DNA of 64,000 nucleotides from a virus. Lineage: Duplodnaviria; Heunggongvirae; Uroviricota; Caudoviricetes. Positions 50,342-59,767 of the stretch are shown piece by piece (the first letter of the stretch is position 1; each line of letters opens with the position of its first letter). The notes below the pieces were generated by a model that did not search any database, was not told where the DNA came from, and was given only the letters and a program-made list of their open reading frames with translations. The stretch is taken from IMG/VR virus record IMGVR_UViG_3300018050_002226. One strand, given 5' to 3'. Made by a program: the position numbers and the translations under genes.

Positions 50342-51037
50342 ATGAATAATGAAGGACAGAATCATCAGATAAAACTATCTGTGGTAAACTTATTCTCTGA
50401 ATTTATTTTAAACAAAATTAATATTACCTCCGAAACGGTCATTGAAGTAGTGGATTGTCAAAATTTTTTTGTTGTCAAAGGTAAAACTTCAAGTACTGAG
50501 GTTTTGGACTTGAATAAAATAAAAGAAGAGTTTCATGAAAAGTTTTTAAAAATTTCTGAAAATTTTAAAATTGGAAACACAATCGATTTAATCGAGTATG
50601 GTTTTGAATTGGATTCAAAAGACAAAATGGCTTTCGAGTTTTTTAACACGGTTGATTTATCATCTAGTAAGTGTAACATCCCGAACACATCTTTAACCTT
50701 TAAATCGGAATTTCCGTTTGGGCACTCATTCAAAATGGGAAAAAATCTTTTTTATTACGCAAAACACATTGCATATAATCTACAATCAAAATATACTTGG
50801 GACAGATTAATTATTGAAATAAGTTATAAAAATAATGAAGAAAATTTGAAGTTGTATTTGGACTCTTGTGATGTATCAAATGAAGAACTTAAATCTTCAA
50901 TATTGGATTGTTTTACTTTCAACTATGGGAGTTTCGAGAAAAAAATTGTTGACTCCGATTGGTGGGAACCAATAATTGACAAAGAGAAAGAATTTTATTT
51001 TGTAAAAGAACTTAACAAAGATTTAATCCTCTTTTAA
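50342..51037 (+). CDS. hypothetical protein
   Basis: ORF track. Confidence 0.5.
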   Translation: MNNEGQNHQIKLSVVNLFSEFILNKINITSETVIEVVDCQNFFVVKGKTSSTEVLDLNKIKEEFHEKFLKISENFKIGNTIDLIEYGFELDSKDKMAFEFFNTVDLSSSKCNIPNTSLTFKSEFPFGHSFKMGKNLFYYAKHIAYNLQSKYTWDRLIIEISYKNNEENLKLYLDSCDVSNEELKSSILDCFTFNYGSFEKKIVDSDWWEPIIDKEKEFYFVKELNKDLILF

Positions 51038-51318
51038 ATTAAGTGTTTTTTAACTAATTCCAAAGCCTCGGTCAACTCATTATAGTTTCTTTCTGGCGCG
51101 TAGAGATAAGACTTATGATTTTTTTCATCCCCTTCAATTATAAGAAGTGCGGGTATCATATCATTACCAGTAATTTTGGAGTATGTATCGTATTCTTGTT
51201 CATGCTCGTGAATGTCCCTATCAACGAAATCGATTTTTTCATCTTCCAACAACTTTTTGAAGTCCTGACAAAAAGGACATCCTTTCATGGTATAGACAAT
51301 GACATTAACTTTTTTCAT
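51034..51318 (-). CDS. glutaredoxin-like protein (CPFC)
   Basis: VIVYTMKGCPFCQDFKKLL. Confidence 0.75.
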   Translation of the reverse strand: MKKVNVIVYTMKGCPFCQDFKKLLEDEKIDFVDRDIHEHEQEYDTYSKITGNDMIPALLIIEGDEKNHKSYLYAPERNYNELTEALELVKKHLI

Positions 51319-51323
51319 AGAAA

Positions 51324-51647
51324 TTAGTTTAATAGAGTGAGAAGTTCAGTTGGCATCATTACGCCAGGTCTTGAAAAAACTTCTTTTCCCTCTTTGAAGA
51401 TTTTTATAGTTGGAACACTTCTGATTCCGAGTTCGGATACTACGAACTCTTTGTCAGTGTCGATATCGTACTTGTAAATTTTGTATTTTGGTTGGTTTGT
51501 TGATTCTTTTATCAAGGATTCATTAACTTGTTCCAAGTTTCTCAACATTATTTTACAAGGACCACACCATGTTGCATATAAATCCAAAACGAAGTTTTCA
51601 CCATTGTTAATTTTTTGTTTTAGTTCTTCAGTTGTCAGTTGTATCAT
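51324..51647 (-). CDS. thioredoxin (WCGPC), start at internal Met MIQLTT
   Basis: FVLDLYATWCGPCKIM; 107 aa. Confidence 0.75.
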   Translation of the reverse strand: MIQLTTEELKQKINNGENFVLDLYATWCGPCKIMLRNLEQVNESLIKESTNQPKYKIYKYDIDTDKEFVVSELGIRSVPTIKIFKEGKEVFSRPGVMMPTELLTLLN

Positions 51648-51963
51648 TTTTGAATGTTTTAAGAAAATTTTTAATGAAAAATTGTAATTCCGAGTCCTGT
51701 GACTCCTCAAAATAAATAGTAATTTGATATGAATTGTTTTCTGTGGATTTATCAAAACATAGATAAAATCCTTGAGCAGATTTGAGTATATAACGTGAAA
51801 GCACTGTTTTACCGTCTTGTTCATGAATCCTTTCGGAATAGACAGGAAAATATTTTTTTTCTTGTAAGTTCTTAGGAAAAGTTATTTTCATATCTTTTAG
51901 AACATACGATGAAAAAGTTCTTCTTTCGCCTTCAATTTTTTGTATGTACTCAGGTTTTTTCAT
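51628..51963 (-). CDS. hypothetical protein
   Basis: ORF track. Confidence 0.4.
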   Translation of the reverse strand: MKKPEYIQKIEGERRTFSSYVLKDMKITFPKNLQEKKYFPVYSERIHEQDGKTVLSRYILKSAQGFYLCFDKSTENNSYQITIYFEESQDSELQFFIKNFLKTFKNDTTDN

Positions 51964-53589
51964 TCAGATAAAATAAGGTTCAAATCCGTATTGGTCAATA
52001 GGAGTGTAAGACCATTTTAAATAACCTTTCTCGTCAAAATGAGAATCTGATTCCATTTGAACACCATTTGAGCAAATCTTTATCAATTTGTGAGGTTCAA
52101 ATTTTGGACTAAGTGCAATCTCATTCATCATACAATCTAAAGAGTGTAAGGGTTGGTTCCATTCTAAAGATGGTTCTGAATTATATCTAGCACGAGTTTG
52201 AATTCTCTTTATAATTACCCATTTTACATCCGGTAATTTACTGATTGAATATTCGACTGTAAGTCTGTCCTCTGAATCTTCATTTCCTTTCCTGAGAGAA
52301 ATTATCAAAGAAGAACATCTACCTATATACCCTTTTACACAATTCGATTGCATCGCACTTTCATTATTGTAATCAGTTGAATTCATCAGAACTACAGGAA
52401 AATATTTTACACCTTCATGTTCAATAGTCTTAATAGTTTCATTGAATATATCGGAATAAATCCTCTCGTAGTGTCCTCTTTTATAGTGTTCCAATTTGTC
52501 AGCCCAATCTAAGTGTTCTTCCCTGAAGAATTTTTCATTTTTTCCATCGGACTTCCAAAATATCTCTGTATCACCATATCTTTTTAACTCAACCCAAAAT
52601 CTGAAGTGGTCGGAAAGTGAATATACATCAGTTGAAAAATTTATCAAAGAATCTTTTAATAGGTCAAATGCGTTTCTTTTTTCTTTTTTGGTGGCATTCA
52701 AATAAAAATATTTATTATTCATGTCCGCTGACATAATAGTGTTCTGTGAGTTGATTAGTAAATATATAATATTTTCATCTTGGTTCAACCAATCCTCTCC
52801 AAACAACGATTTTACGGTTAAGTAATTGTTGAGATTAATTTTTTGTGTTGTTTGATGTAAAGTTTTTTTTAATTTACTCCCCTTTATTTTCAATAGTTCC
52901 ATGACAGAATCTATTAATTTATTTTCATTCTTTTTTAGAATTTTTCTGTATTCCGTACCAAAAGTAAACTCGTTGAATAAATAAAAATTATTCGGGTACT
53001 TAACACCTTTTTTATCCAAATGAAATTTAAGTAATCTTTGACCAAGCGGTAACTTAAAATCATTTCTCACATCAATTAAATTCATGAAATCTTCCAAAGG
53101 TTGTAAATAAAAGTCTGGATTCGGAGTCAAAGAGTTTTTCAATTTTATTTGGAAATTTTCTACGACTTGACTTATAAAAGTATTACAACTGATTTTTTTA
53201 GTCAGTTTTTTTTTCAAGTGGTAATTGTGAATGTACCCATTGTAGACATTTCCTGTTTTCAAATTAACAGATATAAAATCACAATTTTTTGATTTTTTGA
53301 ACCAAACAACTCCCGCCCTTCGTGTTTTGTACCCGTGAAAAAGTTTAATCGAAATTTTATCTGCATCCTTTTCTATTACGACCATACGGTAATCTAAAAA
53401 TACATTACACAATGGATTGGCAAAATTTTTAACAAAGCTTTGTTCATCTGTAAAAGTAGATTCAATCTGAAAATAAGGGTGTTTTTTTGAAAATGAATTA
53501 CCATTTAACCCTGAATTAAATTCAGTTTTGTCAAACATTTTTTCTGTAAGATAAGCTTTAACCTCTTTTTTAAGGATAGTCTCTTTCAT
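51964..53589 (-). CDS. hypothetical large protein
   Basis: ORF track. Confidence 0.5.
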   Translation of the reverse strand: MKETILKKEVKAYLTEKMFDKTEFNSGLNGNSFSKKHPYFQIESTFTDEQSFVKNFANPLCNVFLDYRMVVIEKDADKISIKLFHGYKTRRAGVVWFKKSKNCDFISVNLKTGNVYNGYIHNYHLKKKLTKKISCNTFISQVVENFQIKLKNSLTPNPDFYLQPLEDFMNLIDVRNDFKLPLGQRLLKFHLDKKGVKYPNNFYLFNEFTFGTEYRKILKKNENKLIDSVMELLKIKGSKLKKTLHQTTQKINLNNYLTVKSLFGEDWLNQDENIIYLLINSQNTIMSADMNNKYFYLNATKKEKRNAFDLLKDSLINFSTDVYSLSDHFRFWVELKRYGDTEIFWKSDGKNEKFFREEHLDWADKLEHYKRGHYERIYSDIFNETIKTIEHEGVKYFPVVLMNSTDYNNESAMQSNCVKGYIGRCSSLIISLRKGNEDSEDRLTVEYSISKLPDVKWVIIKRIQTRARYNSEPSLEWNQPLHSLDCMMNEIALSPKFEPHKLIKICSNGVQMESDSHFDEKGYLKWSYTPIDQYGFEPYFI

Positions 53590-53622
53590 ACCACAAATAT
53601 AAGTAAAAAATGAAAAATAACC

Positions 53623-53904
53623 TTAATTTAAACAGATAGTACCAAAAGGTGTGTTTTGAAAAATTTTGGAGTCAATATCAAGTTCTTTAGGTTTAACTTG
53701 ATTTATATCAACACAAATTTCTATTATTTGTTTTTGTGTTAAAACAAGATTAAGACCCTCTTCGATATTTCGAGCGGCACGTTGTCTAATACGGCTTAAT
53801 AATTCTTTTTCTTTTTCTTTGGGAACCAAAGACATTAACTCTTTTGGGTTTTTCTTAAAAAATTTTGTGAGGTTGTTGATATAAATTTCTAAATCAACAT
53901 TCAT
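53623..53904 (-). CDS. hypothetical protein
   Basis: ORF track. Confidence 0.4.
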   Translation of the reverse strand: MNVDLEIYINNLTKFFKKNPKELMSLVPKEKEKELLSRIRQRAARNIEEGLNLVLTQKQIIEICVDINQVKPKELDIDSKIFQNTPFGTICLN

Positions 53905-53914
53905 AGGTTAAATT

Positions 53915-55246
53915 TTAAGGTTGGAAATCTAACATATAATTACCCAATTTCGATTTAGCCCTGTTCCTAATTTTTTCAGGAATTACAAGGTTTTCACTTC
54001 CTTTCGTATTAAGGAACATCAAATTCGGCATATCCGCAATACACTCAGGAACAGTTTTCAATTTAGGGTTGTTCATCAATGAAAGGAAATTTAAATTATC
54101 CAATTCACAAATGGCATCAGGTATAGTTTCAATACAATTATCAAATAAAATCAATTGAAGATTTTTGAATCTTTTTATTGAACTTGGAATTTCGATAGTC
54201 ATTCCATTTTTCTCGTTATTTCTGATTTGTAACTCTTCTAAAGTATCAGGTTGTGAATTGATAAGTTCTTCAAGACCATAAAGGGCAACAAATTTTCCAA
54301 CATTACCACTACTGAATCCGTTAATTCTGAGTGTTGTTCCTCCAGCTTCAGTAAGACCTTTAGCAAATTTGGATTTGAATAATGGTTTCAATTCTTTCCA
54401 AGGTCCATTAAGTTTTTCAATGATATCAATTCTAGAGTCGTGTCTGTCCATGTAAGAATCAGTCTCAAAGTTCAACTGATATCTCTCAACAGGTAAACCG
54501 GTAGTTGGTGCTACATTTGGGTCATTAGGGTCAAATATAACGTATAACGGTCCCTTAACAATGTAATAATCAAAGTGACTAAGACCAGGTGCGGATGTAC
54601 ACCATCTAGTCTCCTTATTGTTTCCACCATAGAAACAAGCAGCTTCCTTACCTGTGGCTCCTTTATCTTTAATCTCAATAACTCTCAAATTGGGTGAGTC
54701 GAAAATAAGTTTACCTCCAGGGTGAACCGGTGTAGATTTTCTTTCTGCTTTGGACGTGGTGGCCATTGTGAGGTCAAAATCCTTAACCGCATGATATAAC
54801 TGTTCAGGCGTGAGATTTTGTATTTGTCTTTGTTCTAATGGTAATCTTCCTTTAAATCTATCAAATTTCTTCAGGTCGTCAGTAACTTTATAGAGGTCTT
54901 CCAAAAACCTCTCCCTCATAACCTTCAACTCTTTTTCATAATTAGGATGGTCTGATTGTACCTCTGTTGGAACTTTCAAATAAGATTGTATAATCCAATC
55001 TACATATTTACCAGCTTTCACTTTACCTAATTCTTTTTCATCGGTGGTTTGTAAATCTACATCGTTGAGACGAGTTGTTGGGTCAGCTTGAACAAGTAGG
55101 TCAAAAACCTCTTTACTCATTTTTGGTTTTTTCTTCTTGCCATCTTTAGCAACAATAGGTTTTGTGTTTTGCACCAACTTTATTTCATAAGCCGATGCCT
55201 CAACAATAAGTTTTTTCAACAACGATGTGAATTTCATTGAAAACAA
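53915..55246 (-). CDS. protein with conserved CFYGGxxKxxRWCTS domain fused to C-terminal leucine-rich repeats
   Basis: LRR pattern LxxLxLxxNxL in last ~100 aa; domain shared with 35900..37642. Confidence 0.55.
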   Translation of the reverse strand: MFSMKFTSLLKKLIVEASAYEIKLVQNTKPIVAKDGKKKKPKMSKEVFDLLVQADPTTRLNDVDLQTTDEKELGKVKAGKYVDWIIQSYLKVPTEVQSDHPNYEKELKVMRERFLEDLYKVTDDLKKFDRFKGRLPLEQRQIQNLTPEQLYHAVKDFDLTMATTSKAERKSTPVHPGGKLIFDSPNLRVIEIKDKGATGKEAACFYGGNNKETRWCTSAPGLSHFDYYIVKGPLYVIFDPNDPNVAPTTGLPVERYQLNFETDSYMDRHDSRIDIIEKLNGPWKELKPLFKSKFAKGLTEAGGTTLRINGFSSGNVGKFVALYGLEELINSQPDTLEELQIRNNEKNGMTIEIPSSIKRFKNLQLILFDNCIETIPDAICELDNLNFLSLMNNPKLKTVPECIADMPNLMFLNTKGSENLVIPEKIRNRAKSKLGNYMLDFQP

Positions 55247-55280
55247 TTTAATAATAAATATAATGGAACAACAAAAATAA

Positions 55281-56120
55281 CTAATAATTTAATATCAAAA
55301 GCTCTTCTCCTAAATTTTGTTTTACACCTTTTTTTGCAGAAGCAGCTTTAGCAAATTGTTTTTTCTCCCATCTATATCTACTTTCAGGAAACCAATCGTG
55401 TAATAAAGAAAAATCGTAATATGATAAAGAAAATTTTCCTTGTACACAACTCAATGTTTGAGCAAGTCTTTCATGGTCATTTCTATCGAAATCGTGATTT
55501 GAATAGTAATTTTCAGTCTTCCAATAGGGAGGGTCTAAATAAATGTAAGTTGAAGGAGAATCGTATTTTTCAATCACCTGTTGGAAATCAAGATTTTCAA
55601 CATGGGTAATTTTACTGAAGTGGTCAACCCATTTTGGATTGGAAAGTTTGTCTCTGAAAGCCAAGTATTTAGAACGGTATTTCCCTTTCAAATCAATGAA
55701 ACTTGAAGTTTCAGGTTTACTACCACTGAAGACTTGTGTCACAACATAAACATACTTTGCAGCAATCGTATAATCAGGATAATTTATTGTGAGCCCAGAA
55801 GAAAATAGTTCTGTTTGAAACTCCTGAAATCTAATCTTATAAATTTGGTCGGTAGGTGAAACCCCAAATTCTTGCACAGGAATATTATCTAAGTGTCTTT
55901 GGAGTTCAGAAGGATTTTGAACACATCTGAATAAGTTGTAATTCAAAGGGTTGAAATCATTGTAAACAACTCTTTTAAGATTTTTGAACTTTGACAGGTC
56001 CATATTGAAGTAACACCAAAACATACCTCCAAATGTTTCGACATATGTTTCCATGTCTTCAAGATAATAAGGTACAATCCACTTACCTATTTTGGATTTA
56101 CCACCAATATAACTTAACAT
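55281..56120 (-). CDS. dam: DNA adenine methyltransferase, T4 Dam-like (D12 class, DPPY)
   Basis: N-terminal YIGGKSK, FGG motif I, IYLDPPY motif IV. Confidence 0.85.
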   Translation of the reverse strand: MLSYIGGKSKIGKWIVPYYLEDMETYVETFGGMFWCYFNMDLSKFKNLKRVVYNDFNPLNYNLFRCVQNPSELQRHLDNIPVQEFGVSPTDQIYKIRFQEFQTELFSSGLTINYPDYTIAAKYVYVVTQVFSGSKPETSSFIDLKGKYRSKYLAFRDKLSNPKWVDHFSKITHVENLDFQQVIEKYDSPSTYIYLDPPYWKTENYYSNHDFDRNDHERLAQTLSCVQGKFSLSYYDFSLLHDWFPESRYRWEKKQFAKAASAKKGVKQNLGEELLILNY

Positions 56121-56157
56121 GAATAAAATATAACACAAAAAAAATCAAAAAGCAAAT

Positions 56158-56364
56158 CTATTTGTAACAATTTTTGTAAGGTCTACAAGAAGCTTTCTGT
56201 GTAAAACCCATTTCAGAACATGCGGTAGATTTACAATAGGATTTACTATACTTTCTTGGTTTTTTGAATTTTTTTTCCTTTTCTTCTACGAATTGATGAA
56301 TTACTCTTCTTATTAATTGTTCAGAAATCATATTTATAAATATCATGGAAAAAAAAGGATGCAA
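56158..56364 (-). CDS. hypothetical Cys-containing small protein
   Basis: ORF track. Confidence 0.3.
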   Translation of the reverse strand: MHPFFSMIFINMISEQLIRRVIHQFVEEKEKKFKKPRKYSKSYCKSTACSEMGFTQKASCRPYKNCYK

Positions 56365-56483
56365 TACTTGTAAGAAATTAAAAATGTCGACTATTAAAAA
56401 CAGAATTTTGTTTTCAGGAATGCTTTTATTTTCCCTCTCTGTCTTCGGAATATACTATGTTGTAAAACTTCTGATAGAATTTT

Positions 56484-57401
56484 TTAATTAGTTCTTTCGA
56501 ACCTTACTTGTAATTTCACATACATATCCCCCCCACTATATCCTTTACCTCTTAATCTTAGTGGTTTGGATGTATCAAAGGATTTGGGTGCTGGTATTTG
56601 AAGTTCCCCATCAGGATGAGGAATTTTATATTTGTCGGAATTTATCCCATTTAAATCCAAATATAAAGTGTAAACCAAATCACTATTAATCTTTTCAAAA
56701 CCGTCTTTTGGTTCGAGTTCAATTTGTAAAATCAAATCTCCATAGTCTCCACTTCTGAAATCTCCCACGTCAGGAATTTTAACAAACTGACCATTATCAA
56801 CCCCAACAGGTAGATTTATTGAAATTTCATTTTTAGATGATTTTGTTCCTCTACCTTGACAATCATAACATCTTGAAATCAGATTGTATCCCTTCCCCTG
56901 ACAAGACGGGCATGCGGTTCTTATTTGTTGAACCATAAAACCTGTTCCAAAAGTTTTTATTATGAACCCACTACCCTCACAGGTGTTACAAATTCTTTGG
57001 TCACCCCCTGTACCGTTACATGTGACACAGTGAGTGTCTCTAAAATACATTATATTTTTTTGGGACCCTCGATATGACTCAATTGGAGATACACTGACTT
57101 TTACAATCTTATCGGGTGCTTGCTTTCTTCTTGGTTGGTTGGGACCTCTGTTCCCAAACATTTGGGAAAAAATTGCTTCAAAAGGTGTACCACCATAGGG
57201 ATTGTTTTTTTGATTGTTGTAGTTTGACCTTTTTTGTTGGTCCCCAAGAACCTCATAAGCCTCATTAATTTCTTTAAATTTTTCAGCCCCTTCGGGATTT
57301 AAATCGGGATGATATCTTTTGGACAGATTTCTGAAACTTTTTTTGATTTCATCATCAGTCGCATTCTCTTCAACTTCTAATATTTTATAGTAATCTTTCA
57401 T
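56484..57401 (-). CDS. dnaJ: DnaJ (type I Hsp40: J domain, G/F region, 4x CxxCxGxG zinc finger, C-terminal domain)
   Basis: DYYKILEV...RYHPDLNP; CVTCNGTG, CNTCEGSG, CPSCQGKG, CYDCQGRG. Confidence 0.85.
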   Translation of the reverse strand: MKDYYKILEVEENATDDEIKKSFRNLSKRYHPDLNPEGAEKFKEINEAYEVLGDQQKRSNYNNQKNNPYGGTPFEAIFSQMFGNRGPNQPRRKQAPDKIVKVSVSPIESYRGSQKNIMYFRDTHCVTCNGTGGDQRICNTCEGSGFIIKTFGTGFMVQQIRTACPSCQGKGYNLISRCYDCQGRGTKSSKNEISINLPVGVDNGQFVKIPDVGDFRSGDYGDLILQIELEPKDGFEKINSDLVYTLYLDLNGINSDKYKIPHPDGELQIPAPKSFDTSKPLRLRGKGYSGGDMYVKLQVRFERTN

Positions 57402-57402
57402 T

Positions 57403-58041
57403 ATGGTAAATTATTCCGTAGTCTTATTCAAGGATAAAACATCAAAAAAAATTCTAAAGGAATTTGTTACTTTTAAAAATGCAAAGAACTTTTATGATAC
57501 TGTCCTAAAAGAAACAAATGATGTTATATTCGAAGTGATTATAGAAAATGGTAAAAGTTGTAAGTATGAAATTGCTATTGTTGAGAACTCCCACACTAAA
57601 CTTATTCCTGTTTATTTGACAGATGAAATGGGTAGGAGTAAAAAGGTTAAACTTGAAAACTCAGGTAAAACTATTTCAGAGATTTCTTTATACAGAAAAG
57701 AAGAAAAAATTTTTGATATTGGTCAGAACAAAAAAATTACCATTCAAGAGTTTATTCAAAAAAATCTTAGAGGTACAGGGCTCAAAATGATTTCCTCTTT
57801 GAACAATAAGGTTGTTGTACAAAATGATGATGACTGTAAACTTTTCAGTTTAAAAAACGAGAGCGAAGTCCATAGATTTTTGGACTGTCTCACCATTCAC
57901 TTCCAAAAAAATAACAAAAAGGATTGTTTGGTTGTAAAAGACAATTCAACAGCTCAAAAAAAATATTTATTGAATTTACTATCGGAAAAAGGATTTGATA
58001 AGAAAGTACTTTACCGAAAATCTACTACTCACCCTCGGTAG
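57403..58041 (+). CDS. hypothetical protein
   Basis: ORF track. Confidence 0.45.
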   Translation: MVNYSVVLFKDKTSKKILKEFVTFKNAKNFYDTVLKETNDVIFEVIIENGKSCKYEIAIVENSHTKLIPVYLTDEMGRSKKVKLENSGKTISEISLYRKEEKIFDIGQNKKITIQEFIQKNLRGTGLKMISSLNNKVVVQNDDDCKLFSLKNESEVHRFLDCLTIHFQKNNKKDCLVVKDNSTAQKKYLLNLLSEKGFDKKVLYRKSTTHPR

Positions 58042-58276
58042 TTGTGGGTTCTTTTTTTTCGTCTAAAACAAAATGAAATTCTGTTCCCGAAATCTCTATT
58101 GAAAATTGTTTGTAATGTCTGTCTATTTCTCTGAAGTGTGATATTACTGGAGCATATTCATCCTTTTCCAATTCGAAAATTATGGTCCCTTTCCCTCTGA
58201 ATAAAGTTTGAACAGACTCAGCAATCAGTGCAAGTTTTTCTAATGTCCCCAAATCATTATTTTTATTTTCTGCCAT
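58025..58276 (-). CDS. hypothetical protein
   Basis: ORF track. Confidence 0.35.
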   Translation of the reverse strand: MAENKNNDLGTLEKLALIAESVQTLFRGKGTIIFELEKDEYAPVISHFREIDRHYKQFSIEISGTEFHFVLDEKKEPTTTEGE

Positions 58277-58443
58277 ATTGAAGGTTTTTTTGGGACTTTG
58301 ATTAGGTCCTCTTTTTTAAATTTTTTAATTTCCTCTATGAATTTCTTTTTCTCAAATTCTACGTTGAGAGTGTCTTTCTTTTTTTCTTTATCAAGCCAAT
58401 TCAAGAGTCGTTGGTTCTGAGGCGTCTTCTCCATTTTCATCAA
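58240..58443 (-). CDS. hypothetical Lys-rich small protein
   Basis: ORF track. Confidence 0.3.
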   Translation of the reverse strand: MMKMEKTPQNQRLLNWLDKEKKKDTLNVEFEKKKFIEEIKKFKKEDLIKVPKKPSIWQKIKIMIWGH

Positions 58444-58822
58444 AATTTTCTATGTCAGTTTCAAAATCAAAATAAAGTCTTTTGAGTGTCTCTAAGTCGT
58501 TTTTTTCGAATGTTTTTTTGAGAGTATCTATTGTTTCTTTGAATAAAACTTCTTTCAATTCTTTTTCTTTATTAAGGGTAATCAATTTGACTATTTTTGA
58601 GATAGTTGTATTGATACTTACCTCTTCAGACGGGCAAACAAATGATATTCCCTTGGTGTCCGGTGTATCAGAATTGAATGGTACTATTTCAGAAGACTCT
58701 GAAAGACTTTTTGGAATTGACCATTTATTTGGTATCAAAAGGTCTATACTTATATAATCTTTTAATTTTCTGATTGAAAATAGATAGTCTACAAAAGGGA
58801 TAATATTTTGGTAAAAGTTCAT
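58391..58822 (-). CDS. hypothetical protein
   Basis: ORF track. Confidence 0.4.
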   Translation of the reverse strand: MNFYQNIIPFVDYLFSIRKLKDYISIDLLIPNKWSIPKSLSESSEIVPFNSDTPDTKGISFVCPSEEVSINTTISKIVKLITLNKEKELKEVLFKETIDTLKKTFEKNDLETLKRLYFDFETDIENFDENGEDASEPTTLELA

Positions 58823-59007
58823 TTGAAATTTAAGTATGTAATTAAGTAACTAATTGAACAGGATAAAATTATAAGTTCCCTGTTACTTAATACAAATGGT
58901 TTTGGATTTGTAAGTAACAGGGCTCTTAAAAATTTGCTTAAGAAATTTGATAATACTAATATTGAGAATATGAATATAAAAAAATATACAGATTCTATAT
59001 TATGCAT
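58819..59007 (-). CDS. small membrane protein
   Basis: ORF track; hydrophobic. Confidence 0.35.
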   Translation of the reverse strand: MHNIESVYFFIFIFSILVLSNFLSKFLRALLLTNPKPFVLSNRELIILSCSISYLITYLNFK

Positions 59008-59182
59008 TAGGTTCAGTTTTTTTGTGTTCCAAAATTTCTGCTCTGAATTTCTGAAGTAGTGCTTTCAGTTCTTGTGCAGATTTTCTAGCTCTTGTACCAG
59101 CACTTTTATTTCCTTTGTAGAATTTTGTTGCATCTACAGAAAGAAGTTCAGTCAATTCTTTGATTTTTTCTAATGTTTCCAT
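59000..59182 (-). CDS. Bacteroidetes-type histone H1-like DNA-binding protein (~60 aa)
   Basis: KGNKSAGTRARKSAQELKALLQKFR motif recalled from Bacteroidetes H1-like proteins. Confidence 0.55.
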   Translation of the reverse strand: METLEKIKELTELLSVDATKFYKGNKSAGTRARKSAQELKALLQKFRAEILEHKKTEPNA

Positions 59183-59260
59183 TTTTAAAAAATATTGTGT
59201 AGTTTATTTGTGGATAAAAATAAAAAATTCGTGTGTATTGTCAATATAAACAAGGTTTTT

Positions 59261-59728
59261 TCACTTAATATTTTTCTCCATCAGTTTATAAATTTCTGTT
59301 ATAATTTCTAAATCTGATTTAGTACAGGGTTTGTCTAGGTCAAATACTTCCTCCAAAAAACTTGGAATGGCTTCTTTAATATTTCTTTGATTTTGATTGT
59401 AAAAGGTATCAAAAAAAAATTTTTCAAAATAGTTTTTATGTTCCCCTTCAGAATTGAAGGAAATATTTTCTTTTGAAAAGTCTTCGATTGTTTTTATCCA
59501 ACACCATTCAAAATGTTCTTTTTTATTTTCTTCAGAAAGGCTTATCCTTGTCTCATGGTGGTCTTCCTCGAAAAATGTGTCGGTGACTTTCATATTCAAG
59601 GATTTAAAAAAATCACCATAAAGTTCAACTTTTTCATAATTTATATTATTAATGTTGAACCAAACAATAACCTCTTCCTTAGGAACAGGTTTGGATACCC
59701 AATTAAAAAAATTCTCCATAGAGTTCAT
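59261..59728 (-). CDS. hypothetical protein
   Basis: ORF track. Confidence 0.45.
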   Translation of the reverse strand: MNSMENFFNWVSKPVPKEEVIVWFNINNINYEKVELYGDFFKSLNMKVTDTFFEEDHHETRISLSEENKKEHFEWCWIKTIEDFSKENISFNSEGEHKNYFEKFFFDTFYNQNQRNIKEAIPSFLEEVFDLDKPCTKSDLEIITEIYKLMEKNIK

Positions 59729-59767
59729 CTATGGAGAATATAATAATTTAACACTATTTGTGAATTT

